32,000 nucleotides of DNA, from the NCBI GenBank assembly GCA_964394085.1, contig CAYMWF010000025.1, positions 1-32,000 of the forward strand, in the 5' to 3' direction. The notes beneath the pieces are model-generated. The model was not told the origin of the DNA. It saw nothing but the letters and a program-made list of their open reading frames with translations, and did no database searches. The stretch is from an uncultured Gemmatimonadota bacterium. Lineage in GTDB: Bacteria; GCA-2686955; CAYMWF01. Numbering within the stretch: the stretch's first letter is position 1; each line of letters opens with the position of its first letter. Below are positions 16,330 through 25,569 of the stretch, piece by piece. Position numbers and translations under genes: made by a program.

Positions 16330-17107
16330 AACCCCGGAAAACAGCAGCGTTGAAGAAGCTCCGGAAGAACAGGCCGTGAATGAACCTTCCGTGGAGCCCG
16401 GGGATATGAGCGAGGCGATCGAACCGGAAGCGTCGGTTGCGACCTCGGATGAGACCCCGGATAGTTCCGAATCGGAGGATCCCGGTTCGACCGGTGAAGA
16501 GGTTGCGGCGGAGGCCGAGGATACGGCTGAGACCGCCGAATCCTTCGAATTCGCCGAAACGGCGGAGGATACGGAACCGGCGGCGGACTCTGAAGATACC
16601 GGATCCACCGAAGATGCGGATGCTTCCCCGGAATCGGAAGAAGCATTCGATTTCGACGGAAGTTTCGCTTCGGATGAGGATATGGAAGATCAGGAGCCGC
16701 AGACCAGCGCCGAGGAAGACGGATTCGACCTGCAGGCCCTCGAAAACTCCGGCCTCTTCGACGATGGACAGGCCGGCGAAAATGCCGAAGTGCGTGCACA
16801 GCCTGCGCGGTTCCAGGAGCTGGATGACCTGATCGAAAGCAATTCACGGGCGGATATCGACATGCTGCTGGACATTTCGCTGCCCATGGTTGTCGAGCTC
16901 GGCAGAACGAAGATGCTCATCCAGGACATCCTTTCACTCAAGTCGGGTTCAGTGATCACCCTCGACAAACTGACAGGCGAGCCGGCGAATCTCGTCATCA
17001 ACGGCAAAGTCATGGCAACCGGCGAGATCGTGGTAATCGACGAGAATTTCGGTATCAGGGTGACCAACCTGGTCAAACCGATGGACCGGCTCAAAGAGAA
17101 GAATTGA
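16322..17107 (+). CDS. fliN: Flagellar motor switch protein FliN with a ~170-aa acidic N-terminal extension
   Basis: 261 aa from ATG 16322, which overlaps the fliM stop (ATGA); AAGGAG lies 7 nt upstream. The C-terminal SpoA domain reads VVELGRTKMLIQDILSLKSGSVITLDK...GEIVVIDENFGIRVT. The N-terminus is extremely D/E/S/T-rich. Confidence 0.9.
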   Translation: MNETPENSSVEEAPEEQAVNEPSVEPGDMSEAIEPEASVATSDETPDSSESEDPGSTGEEVAAEAEDTAETAESFEFAETAEDTEPAADSEDTGSTEDADASPESEEAFDFDGSFASDEDMEDQEPQTSAEEDGFDLQALENSGLFDDGQAGENAEVRAQPARFQELDDLIESNSRADIDMLLDISLPMVVELGRTKMLIQDILSLKSGSVITLDKLTGEPANLVINGKVMATGEIVVIDENFGIRVTNLVKPMDRLKEKN

Positions 17108-17128
17108 CACAGGGAAGGAAGGCTGTTC

Positions 17129-17671
17129 ATGGACATATTCGGCGGACTCGCAACGGCTTACACCGGACAGGAAGGCGCAGTGGGCGATTTTTCTCCACTC
17201 TTCGCTGCGGTTCGCCTTGCGGCGGGGTTCCTCGTGACAGCCGGTATCTGTGTAATCTTCCTCTGGTTTCTCAGGAAGATCCAGCGAGGCTCCCTGAAAA
17301 AAGACGGTGAAGATTACGGCTCCATCACCGTCGTCGCCAGGGCGTATCTGTCACCGAAAAAACCCCTCTACCTGGTCAAGGTAAACAATCGTCTCCTGCT
17401 GCTGGCGGACTCGCCGAACGGGCTGACCAGACTCACGGAATTCAAGGGAGACTCTCAGCGGGACGGAATCGGCTCCGGCGCAATCATGGAGGAACTGGAA
17501 ACAGAAGGGGAAAACGGCGGTTCGATCTACTCCGACTCTGATACAGACGAATCCGCAAACCTCGACACCAGGATATCGCCCGGGCCGGGCCGGGTGAAGG
17601 GCACTGATTTCAAAACGCTCATCGAACGGGCTCTGAGCGTCCGGAAAAAAGGCAAGGTAAACAGAAAATGA
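17129..17671 (+). CDS. fliO: Flagellar biosynthesis protein FliO/FliZ family
   Basis: 180 aa with a single TM (LAAGFLVTAGICVIFLWFL) followed by ITVVARAYLSPKKPLYLVKVNNRLLLLADS, which is typical of FliO. It lies directly before fliP. Confidence 0.75.
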   Translation: MDIFGGLATAYTGQEGAVGDFSPLFAAVRLAAGFLVTAGICVIFLWFLRKIQRGSLKKDGEDYGSITVVARAYLSPKKPLYLVKVNNRLLLLADSPNGLTRLTEFKGDSQRDGIGSGAIMEELETEGENGGSIYSDSDTDESANLDTRISPGPGRVKGTDFKTLIERALSVRKKGKVNRK

Positions 17672-18438
17672 AGAGAAGGGCCGGGAAAAAAGCGGCAATC
17701 GCCGGAGCCGTATTTCTTGCAGCGATTCTGCTTTTCGTTTTCACGCCGGATGCCGCCGCCCAGGCGCTTCCGAAAATAACCCTCGGCCTGGACAAGGTCG
17801 AAGAGCCCGAAGAGTTTTCGGTAGCGCTCCAGATCCTGATTCTGCTCACGGTCCTGTCGCTGGCGCCGGCAATCCTGGTGCTTACGACTTCATTTACCAG
17901 GATACTGGTGATCTTTTCGTTCCTGCGCCATGCGCTCGCGACCCAGCAGATGCCGCCGAACCAGATCCTGGTGGGGCTCTCGCTTTTCCTTACTTTCTTC
18001 GTTATGAAGCCGGTATTCCACGAGATGAATGAAACGGGAATAAAACCTTATCTGGCCAGTGAAATAACCCAGACGGAAGCGCTGAAACGCGCGGAAGTGC
18101 CTCTGAGGGAATTCATGCTCAGAAATGTGCGCGAGAAGGATCTCGGGCTCTTCATAAGCCTTTCCGGCGGAACGAAACCGAACGGGCCGGAGGATCTTTC
18201 GCTCTTCCAGATCATTCCGGCGTTCGTAATCAGCGAGCTTCGCATCGCGTTCCAGATAGGATTCCTGATCTATGTTCCTTTTCTCGTGGTGGACATGATC
18301 GTTTCAAGTGTTCTCATGTCGATGGGTATGCTGATGCTGCCCCCCATCGTAATCTCGCTGCCGTTCAAGATCCTGCTCTTCGTGCTGACCGACGGGTGGT
18401 ATCTGCTCACCCGTTCTCTTGTAGGCAGTTTTTCTTAG
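17668..18438 (+). CDS. fliP: Flagellar export gate protein FliP
   Basis: 256 aa with a signal-like N-terminus and conserved FliP motifs (TSFTRILVIFSFLRHALATQQMPPNQIL, ELRIAFQIGFLIYVPFLVVDMIV). Confidence 0.96.
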   Translation: MKRRAGKKAAIAGAVFLAAILLFVFTPDAAAQALPKITLGLDKVEEPEEFSVALQILILLTVLSLAPAILVLTTSFTRILVIFSFLRHALATQQMPPNQILVGLSLFLTFFVMKPVFHEMNETGIKPYLASEITQTEALKRAEVPLREFMLRNVREKDLGLFISLSGGTKPNGPEDLSLFQIIPAFVISELRIAFQIGFLIYVPFLVVDMIVSSVLMSMGMLMLPPIVISLPFKILLFVLTDGWYLLTRSLVGSFS

Positions 18439-18452
18439 CGGAGGTGCGTGCC

Positions 18453-18722
18453 ATGACGGAAGAATTCATCGTAACGATTGCAAAAAGCGCGCTCACGACA
18501 ACTTTTTTCAGCGCTCTTCCGATGCTGGCGGCGGGGCTCACGGCGGGGCTGCTCGTCGGCATCCTCCAGGCCGTGACCCAGGTTCATGAAATGACGCTCA
18601 CTTTTATACCGAAGATTCTGGCTGTCGGAGTGTCGCTGATGCTGTTTCTTCCATGGATCATGCACACGCTCATGGCCTTCACCAGCAAGGTGTTCAATAC
18701 GATACCATCGATCGCCCTATGA
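18453..18722 (+). CDS. fliQ: Flagellar export gate protein FliQ
   Basis: 89 aa from ATG 18453, preceded by GGAGG. Two TM segments include the LLVGILQAVTQVHEMTLTFIPK motif. Confidence 0.93.
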   Translation: MTEEFIVTIAKSALTTTFFSALPMLAAGLTAGLLVGILQAVTQVHEMTLTFIPKILAVGVSLMLFLPWIMHTLMAFTSKVFNTIPSIAL

Positions 18723-19504
18723 TGACGGACTGGCTCACCATATCGCTCGATCAGCTTTGCAGGTTCGCGATAGTCTTCCTGCGGGTCAGCATAGTTCTGT
18801 CGCTTGCGCCCATTTTCAATTCACGCAGCTTTCCGACGACGGCGAGACTCGGGTTCGCCCTGATCCTGTCTTTTCTCCTTTCAGGCGTGGTCGAAGCCCC
18901 TTCCCTCCTCGGCATGGGAGCCGGAGATATCGTGCTTATGGGAGTCAGGGAACTCTTAGCGGGAGCCCTGTTCGGATTTTCCATCCACCTGCTTTTCGTC
19001 GGCGTCCAGATCGCCGGACAGGTGACCGGGATGATGATGGGCTTCGCCATCGTGAACGTGTTCGATCCGCAGTCGCAGTCGCAGACATCCCTGATCAGCC
19101 AGTTCAAGTACATCCTCGCGCTCCTTCTCTTCCTCGCCCTGAACGGTCATCACTTTGTCATCGAGGGGCTCGTGCAGAGCTTCTCGCTGCTTCCCGTCGG
19201 GACGGCGACCATGTCGGTCGCCGCGGTCGAGATGCTGATCGAACGGAGCAGCGAAGTGTTCGTTATCGCCATGAAGATCGCGGCGCCCGGAATGGTTTCT
19301 CTGCTGGTGCTCGACGTCGCCCTGGGCCTGATCGCGAAAACGGTTCCCCAGATGAACATCTTCATCGTCGGGTTTCCGCTCAAGATCGGGCTGGGAATGA
19401 TAAGCCTCGGCTTCTCCCTGCCCTTCATCGTGATCCTCTTCAGGGGGATGTGGTTGTCGGTGCAGACAGGCAGCACGGCTCTACTTAGAGCCATGGGAGT
19501 ATAA
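18719..19504 (+). CDS. fliR: Flagellar export gate protein FliR
   Basis: 261 aa from ATG 18719, which overlaps the fliQ stop (ATGA). It is a polytopic membrane protein with FliR-like motifs (IAAPGMVSLLVLDVALGLIAKTVPQMNIF). Confidence 0.93.
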   Translation: MMTDWLTISLDQLCRFAIVFLRVSIVLSLAPIFNSRSFPTTARLGFALILSFLLSGVVEAPSLLGMGAGDIVLMGVRELLAGALFGFSIHLLFVGVQIAGQVTGMMMGFAIVNVFDPQSQSQTSLISQFKYILALLLFLALNGHHFVIEGLVQSFSLLPVGTATMSVAAVEMLIERSSEVFVIAMKIAAPGMVSLLVLDVALGLIAKTVPQMNIFIVGFPLKIGLGMISLGFSLPFIVILFRGMWLSVQTGSTALLRAMGV

Positions 19505-19507
19505 AAC

Positions 19508-20575
19508 GTGCCTGAAGGCAGTCTACAGGAACGAACAGAGCAGGCGACTCCGAAAAAACGCCGCGAATCCCGCCAGAAGGGCCAGGTGGCGAAAAGCATG
19601 GAGGTGAACTCCTTTGCCGTGCTGCTTGCCGGAGCCATCTGCATTTCTTTCCTGGGGGGTTACGTCGGAACCGGGATCCTGACCATATTCGACCATGTAT
19701 TCAGGAACGCGTTCAGCCTTGGTCTGAACACCGGCACCCTGCAGAACCTGTACATGACGGTAGCAGGAAAATTCGCGCTCATCTTCGCCCCCGTCGCCCT
19801 GCTGCTGGCACTGGCCGCCCTGGGCAGCAACCTGCTCCAGATAGGTTTCGTGTTCAGCGCCGATCCCCTTACCCCGAAACTTGAAAAAATCAGCCCCCTC
19901 AAGGGATTCGAACGGATCGTCTCCAAGAGTACCCTCATGGAGCTTCTGAAAAGCTTCCTGAAGATAGGCGCGGTGGGCCTGGTCGCTTGGCTGACGATCA
20001 AAGGCGAGCTGGAGAACTTCTTTCCTCTCGTGGATGAAAGCCTCTTCGCGCTGGTCGCCATGATCAGGCATTCGATACTGCTCATCCTCACCAGGGTGAT
20101 TCTCGTCCTTGCGGTCATCGCGCTGCTCGACTTCGCGTTCCAGCGCCAGCGGCACGAAGAGAAGCTGAAGATGACGAAGCAGGAAGTGAAAGAAGAATAC
20201 AAAGAAACCGAAGGGGATCCTCTCATAAAGAGCAGAGCCCGCTCCATCGCAAGGCAGCTCGCGATGAGCAGGATGATGCAGGACGTGCCTGATGCGGATG
20301 TTGTAGTCACCAACCCGACCAGGCTCGCGGTAGCCATCTCATACAAGGATGAATCGATGCAGGCTCCGGTGGTGGTGGCCAAGGGAGCGGAAAAGATGGC
20401 GGCAAGAATCAGGGAGATAGCCCGGAACCACGACGTTCCGATAATGGAGAACAAGCCCCTGGCCCAGGTTCTCTACAGGGAAGTGGAGATCGGCGACTCG
20501 ATTCCGGCCAGGCTTTACGAAGCGGTGGCCGAGGTCCTGGCTTACGTATACATGCTTAAAAAGAGAAGGGCTTAA
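19508..20575 (+). CDS. flhB: Flagellar export switch protein FlhB
   Basis: 355 aa. The N-terminus has QERTEQATPKKRRESRQKGQVAKS, followed by four TM segments and a cytoplasmic domain with KMTKQEVKEEYKETEGDP. The autocleavage site reads NPTR rather than NPTH. Confidence 0.95.
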   Translation: MPEGSLQERTEQATPKKRRESRQKGQVAKSMEVNSFAVLLAGAICISFLGGYVGTGILTIFDHVFRNAFSLGLNTGTLQNLYMTVAGKFALIFAPVALLLALAALGSNLLQIGFVFSADPLTPKLEKISPLKGFERIVSKSTLMELLKSFLKIGAVGLVAWLTIKGELENFFPLVDESLFALVAMIRHSILLILTRVILVLAVIALLDFAFQRQRHEEKLKMTKQEVKEEYKETEGDPLIKSRARSIARQLAMSRMMQDVPDADVVVTNPTRLAVAISYKDESMQAPVVVAKGAEKMAARIREIARNHDVPIMENKPLAQVLYREVEIGDSIPARLYEAVAEVLAYVYMLKKRRA

Positions 20576-22675
20576 ATGGCAGGCGAAACCCAGGGAAGCA
20601 GCGTACTAGACTTCATAGTCAAACGGAGCGACATCCTGATCGCCGTGGGAATCATCTCGATCATCGGCGTGATGATCATCCCGCTGCCTCCTTACGTGCT
20701 GGACCTCCTCCTTTCGTTCTCGATTACATTCGCACTCGTCGTCCTGCTCGTAACGCTCTACACCTATGAGCCGCTGGAATTATCGGTATTCCCCGGCCTC
20801 CTGCTCGTCCTGACCCTCTACCGCCTGGCCCTCAACGTGGCGTCCACGCGGCTCATCCTGCTGAAAGCGGAGCCGGGCAAGGTGATCTCGTCCTTCGGAG
20901 AATTCGTTGTCGGAGGCAATTACGTTGTCGGTCTCGTGATTTTCATCATCCTCGTGGTGATCCAGTTCGTGGTGATCACCAAGGGCGCGGGACGGATCGC
21001 CGAAGTTTCCGCCAGGTTCACTCTCGATGCCATGCCCGGCAAGCAGATGGCGATCGACGCCGATCTGAACGCGGGGCTGATCGACGAAGAGGCCGCCCGG
21101 ACCCGGAGAGCCACGATATCGAGGGAAGCCGACTTCTACGGAGCGATGGACGGTGCCAGCAAGTTCGTCCGCGGCGACGCCATCGCCGGCATCATCATCA
21201 CTCTCATCAACATACTCGGCGGTTTCATCATCGGGATGGCCCAGCGGGGTCTTTCCATGGGCGAGGCCCTCGAAACCTATACCATTCTCACGGTCGGAGA
21301 CGGGCTCGTCAGCCAGATTCCCGCGCTTCTCATTTCAACGGCGGCGGGCATCATCATATCCCGGGCAGCTTCGGATTCGAATCTCGGAACCGACATGATC
21401 AACCAGCTCTTCGCGCAACCCAGGGCTATCCTGATCGCCGCCTTCCTCCTCATGGTTCTGGGCATTATTCCGGGTCTGCCCACCACTCCATTCTTTATCC
21501 TGGCGGGCACTTCGGGCGCCGTCGGACTGCTTCTCGTCCAGTCCAAAAGCCGGAGCGAAAAGGAAAAAATCAGGGAGACAAAAGCCCGGGAGGAGGAGGC
21601 GGAGAGGGATCGGGAGGCATCGAGGGAAAGTGCGGAGGCCGTCCTCGCGGACCTGCTCAGGGTCGAGCGGATGGAACTCGAAATCGGATACGGCCTGATT
21701 CCCCTCGTGGACCGATCGCAGAAAGGCGACCTTCTCGACAGGATAACCCTCATCCGCAAACAGATAGCATCGGAACTCGGCCTCCTGGTTCCTCTCATCC
21801 GGATCAGGGACAATATCCAGCTCAAGCCGAGCCAGTACAGCATCAAGATCCGGGGTGACGAGGTGGCGGCGGGTGAAATGGTGATGAACCATTTCATGGC
21901 CCTCGATCCCGGCCTGGCGAAAGGCAAGATCGAAGGCATTCCAACCAAGGAACCCGTATTCGGGCTCGATGCCATATGGGTACACAGAAAGAACCGCGAC
22001 CGGGCCGAGCGTCTCGGCTACACGGTGATCGAACCGGCGGCCGTGCTGGCCACGCACCTTACGGAAGTCATAAAAAGCAGCGCCGCCGAACTGCTGACCC
22101 GCCAGGATGTAAAGGACCTGGTCGAGAATATTCAGGAAGAAAATCCGGCTCTCGTGGAAGAGCTGGTTCCCGCGCAGCTGACTTACGGCAGCCTTCAGCG
22201 AATCCTGCAGCATCTGCTCCAGGAAAAAGTCCCGATAAGGAATCTCCAGACGATTCTGGAAACCATCTCGGAAACCGTGACCCTCAGCACGGATATCGAG
22301 TTCATATCGGAGATGGTCCGCCGTTCGCTGTCCCGTTCTATAATCAATCCGCTCCTTACGGGCGAGGGTGTTCTGGAGGTTGTCACGCTGAGCCCGGATC
22401 TCGAGCAGGTCCTTGCGGGAGCGATCAAAGATGTACAGGGAGGCCGCGCCATAGTCCTGGAACCCGATGTTTCGGCCGGCATCATGCGAAATGTCGCTGA
22501 AGCCCTTGAAAAACTGATCAGAGAACAGAAGGCGCCCGTGATACTGACATCGCCGGCAACGAGACTCTATTTATGGAAACTGCTGTCGCCGATGGTGCCG
22601 AATCTCGCCGTAATCTCCTACAACGAGATTCCAGCCAACATTCCCGTGAATTCGGAGAAGATGGTGAAGGTATAG
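20576..22675 (+). CDS. flhA: Flagellar export gate protein FlhA
   Basis: 699 aa with the conserved FHIPEP region (ARFTLDAMPGKQMAIDADL, FYGAMDGASKFVRGDAIAG) and a large cytoplasmic C-terminal domain. Confidence 0.97.
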   Translation: MAGETQGSSVLDFIVKRSDILIAVGIISIIGVMIIPLPPYVLDLLLSFSITFALVVLLVTLYTYEPLELSVFPGLLLVLTLYRLALNVASTRLILLKAEPGKVISSFGEFVVGGNYVVGLVIFIILVVIQFVVITKGAGRIAEVSARFTLDAMPGKQMAIDADLNAGLIDEEAARTRRATISREADFYGAMDGASKFVRGDAIAGIIITLINILGGFIIGMAQRGLSMGEALETYTILTVGDGLVSQIPALLISTAAGIIISRAASDSNLGTDMINQLFAQPRAILIAAFLLMVLGIIPGLPTTPFFILAGTSGAVGLLLVQSKSRSEKEKIRETKAREEEAERDREASRESAEAVLADLLRVERMELEIGYGLIPLVDRSQKGDLLDRITLIRKQIASELGLLVPLIRIRDNIQLKPSQYSIKIRGDEVAAGEMVMNHFMALDPGLAKGKIEGIPTKEPVFGLDAIWVHRKNRDRAERLGYTVIEPAAVLATHLTEVIKSSAAELLTRQDVKDLVENIQEENPALVEELVPAQLTYGSLQRILQHLLQEKVPIRNLQTILETISETVTLSTDIEFISEMVRRSLSRSIINPLLTGEGVLEVVTLSPDLEQVLAGAIKDVQGGRAIVLEPDVSAGIMRNVAEALEKLIREQKAPVILTSPATRLYLWKLLSPMVPNLAVISYNEIPANIPVNSEKMVKV

Positions 22676-22676
22676 T

Positions 22677-23957
22677 ATGAAAATCAAAACATTCAGAGGG
22701 AAGAATCTCGGGGACGTTCTCTCCCGGGTCAGAAATGAACTTGGAGAAAACGCCGTTATCCTGGACACGAAAACTCTTTCAGGTTCGGTCCTCGAAGTAT
22801 CGGCCGGTGTTGAAAACGACACTGCCGTCGAGCGGGACCGTCCTCCCCGGTTTCAACGAACGGAGAACCTCCCGCAGAGGATCGTCGGGACAGGGGAACA
22901 GGATTACCGGGCCGCGGAAGAGATGCCGGCCGGATCTCCGTCACCCCGCATCCGTCCGGCAGTGTTTCCGCGGATCGTTACGGAGCAGAAACGTTCCGCA
23001 CAACCCGCTGCCGGGATTGGGGACGTGCAGAACTCTCCCGGGATCGTCGATATCGATCGCAGGTTGATAGAAATAGAGAAAAAAATCGGCGGCACCCCGG
23101 ATACGGGCGTCAAAGGCGACATTCCGCCAAAGACTCCCCCGCTTCCGCCGGGCGGAGACCCGGAATTCCTCAGGTGGATGCGCGAACGGGAAATCGACCC
23201 GTCATTATACAAGGCTTCGGGAGCCGAGACGACCCGCGATGCTTCGCTCGAGACAAAAATCGCGGTATTCCGCAAAGCGCTGACGGGCAAACTGCGGGTG
23301 GCCCCGGTTTTCACCTCGCCCGGGCGGGACGGACCGATGAAGATGGCCCTGGTGGGCCCGACCGGTTCGGGAAAAACCACGACAATAGCGAAACTCGCTT
23401 CATGGCTTACAATCAAGAAGAGGAAAAAAGTCGCGCTTCTGACACTCGATACATTCCGCATAGGGGCGGCTCGCCAGCTGGAGACTTATGCCGAGATACT
23501 GCAGATACCCTTCAGCGTGGTCAGAGATGCGGAAAGCATCCGCTTCGCCCTGGGCTCTTTCGGCAGCCGCGACGTGATCCTTATCGACACCACGGGCCGG
23601 AATCCCTATCGAACGGAGGAGATACAGCATCTCACACGGATGCTGAAAGCGACCCGCGTGGATGAAATACACATAACTCTCCCTGCCACGCATACATACC
23701 GTTATCTCAGAGCGGCATGGCTGAGTTACCGGAGAACCGGCGGGGACCGGCTTATCGTGACCAAGCTCGACGAAGCTCCGGCATGCGGACAGCTGTTGAA
23801 CCTGGTCCGGGAGTTCAATCCCCAGTTCACGTTTCAGACATTCGGCCAGATGGTGCCCGATGATTTCCGTCCGGCCGATCCGGCACGGATCGTCAATCGG
23901 ATATTTGGAGCAGGAGACCATGCAAGATCAGGCGCAGCTGTTACGTCGGCAAGTTGA
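22677..23957 (+). CDS. flhF: Flagellar SRP-type GTPase FlhF
   Basis: 426 aa. The N-terminus (MKIKTFRGKNLGDVLSRVRNELGENAVIL) is followed by a proline-rich B-region and an NG domain with GPTGSGKTTT, DTTGR and TKLDE motifs. Confidence 0.93.
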   Translation: MKIKTFRGKNLGDVLSRVRNELGENAVILDTKTLSGSVLEVSAGVENDTAVERDRPPRFQRTENLPQRIVGTGEQDYRAAEEMPAGSPSPRIRPAVFPRIVTEQKRSAQPAAGIGDVQNSPGIVDIDRRLIEIEKKIGGTPDTGVKGDIPPKTPPLPPGGDPEFLRWMREREIDPSLYKASGAETTRDASLETKIAVFRKALTGKLRVAPVFTSPGRDGPMKMALVGPTGSGKTTTIAKLASWLTIKKRKKVALLTLDTFRIGAARQLETYAEILQIPFSVVRDAESIRFALGSFGSRDVILIDTTGRNPYRTEEIQHLTRMLKATRVDEIHITLPATHTYRYLRAAWLSYRRTGGDRLIVTKLDEAPACGQLLNLVREFNPQFTFQTFGQMVPDDFRPADPARIVNRIFGAGDHARSGAAVTSAS

Positions 23958-24771
23958 GCAGACGATGCCGTCGGCCGGTCAGTCACGCACCGCAGGCACA
24001 CCGATAATCACCGTGACGAGCGGCAAAGGCGGAGTCGGTAAAACTTCGATCGCGGTCAACCTTGCGACGGCCCTCGCCTCGTTCCCGTTCGATGTATTCC
24101 TGGCCGACGCGGATGTAGGCTTCAACGGTTTCGACGCCTCCATGGGGATCGACAGCAGCGGTAGCCTGGAGGATGAATACCCCGACCCGGACAGGATTCA
24201 GAAGAGAATCGTGGAAGGACCCCTGGGAATGAAAATCCTGCCGGCTCCGAAAGAAGATCCCTTCGTGACGGAGTCGGACCGGGTCTACAGGGACAATCTC
24301 GTAAGATGTCTGAAATTTCTCGCGGGATCTGGGGATGTGGCCGTCATCGACACGCCGGGAGGCGCGGGAAGATGGAATATCGAATTCACGCTCCTGGCCG
24401 ACCTGGTCCTCCTCGTCACATCTTGCGATCCGGCATCGATCGCGGATACGGCCGGCATGTTCCGGTTCCTGGAACGCCGCATTTCGCCGGATCGGGTGAG
24501 GCTGGTGGCCAATATGGTCGCAACGGAAGACGATCTCGACAGGATCGAGGAATTGTCACGGACGATCAGAAAAAATTCCTCCGGCAAAGCAAGTGTCGGC
24601 TTCGCTCCATTCATCCGAAAAGATGCAACCGTAGAGGATGCGATAAAGCGACGGGAGATCTTTCTGCTCGAATATCCTGAAAGCGATGCGTCCAGCGATA
24701 TTCTCCTGCTTGCGGATTACATTGTCAGGTTTCTTGAACTCGTTTCGCCCGGCTATCGGGAAGGTGTGTGA
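23920..24771 (+). CDS. flhG: MinD/ParA-type ATPase FlhG (FleN/YlxH)
   Basis: 283 aa from ATG 23920. The N-terminal DQAQLLR fits the FlhG DQAxxLR FlhF-activating motif. The deviant Walker A is SGKGGVGKTS. It lies directly after flhF. Confidence 0.9.
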   Translation: MQDQAQLLRRQVEQTMPSAGQSRTAGTPIITVTSGKGGVGKTSIAVNLATALASFPFDVFLADADVGFNGFDASMGIDSSGSLEDEYPDPDRIQKRIVEGPLGMKILPAPKEDPFVTESDRVYRDNLVRCLKFLAGSGDVAVIDTPGGAGRWNIEFTLLADLVLLVTSCDPASIADTAGMFRFLERRISPDRVRLVANMVATEDDLDRIEELSRTIRKNSSGKASVGFAPFIRKDATVEDAIKRREIFLLEYPESDASSDILLLADYIVRFLELVSPGYREGV

Positions 24772-24774
24772 ATT

Positions 24775-25569
24775 ATGTCAGCCAGCGCAAACGCGAAAGA
24801 AAAGAACGTCAGTAAAGCCTGGAAAGCGTATATGTCGACCGGGAGTATCGAGACCAGGAACAAACTGATCGAAGAGTACCTTCCTCTCGTTTCCATCATA
24901 GCCAGCAAGGTCTCGATCACTCTCCCCGCACATATAGAAGTCGACGATCTCAAGGCGGTGGGCGTCCTCGGATTGATCAACGCCATCGATCGGTTCGACG
25001 CGAGTCGCGGGTTTGCATTTAAAACCTTCGCCCATTCACGGGTGTTCGGCGCCATGATGGACTGGCTGAGATCCATGGACTGGGTGCCGCGCACCGTTCG
25101 ACAGAAAGCGAAATCACTCGAAACAGCCTGCAGCAAGCTGGAACAGGAACTGGGCAGAACCCCGACGGACGAGGAACTGGCCCGGGAACTGGATCTCGAT
25201 GCGAACGAACTGCACAAACTGATGAGTGAGGTGTCGGGTCTCTCGCTCCTTTCGCTGGAGCACAAATTCACCTCGGAGAGCGGAGAAGGCTCAGTCACCC
25301 TTCTCGATATGGTAGAGAGCACCCATTCGGTGAATCCGATGGAGGAGATGGAGGATGGAGAGTTCAAGAAACACCTGACCGAGCAGATCGATGCCCTGCC
25401 GGAGAAGGAAAAACTCGTCCTCGCCCTCTACTACTACGAAGAACTGACTCTCAAGGAAATCGGCGCGATACTGGAGCTCTCGGAATCCAGGATATCGCAG
25501 ATCCACACAGCCGCCATAGTAAGGTTGAAAGCGAAGATGGCGGCGCCGACCGGAGTTCTGGTCAAATGA
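24775..25569 (+). CDS. fliA: Flagellar sigma factor FliA/SigD (sigma-28)
   Basis: 264 aa with region 2 (NKLIEEYLPLVSIIASKV, DDLKAVGVLGLINAIDRFD) and a region 4 HTH (LTLKEIGAILELSESRISQIH). It lies directly after flhG. Confidence 0.93.
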   Translation: MSASANAKEKNVSKAWKAYMSTGSIETRNKLIEEYLPLVSIIASKVSITLPAHIEVDDLKAVGVLGLINAIDRFDASRGFAFKTFAHSRVFGAMMDWLRSMDWVPRTVRQKAKSLETACSKLEQELGRTPTDEELARELDLDANELHKLMSEVSGLSLLSLEHKFTSESGEGSVTLLDMVESTHSVNPMEEMEDGEFKKHLTEQIDALPEKEKLVLALYYYEELTLKEIGAILELSESRISQIHTAAIVRLKAKMAAPTGVLVK

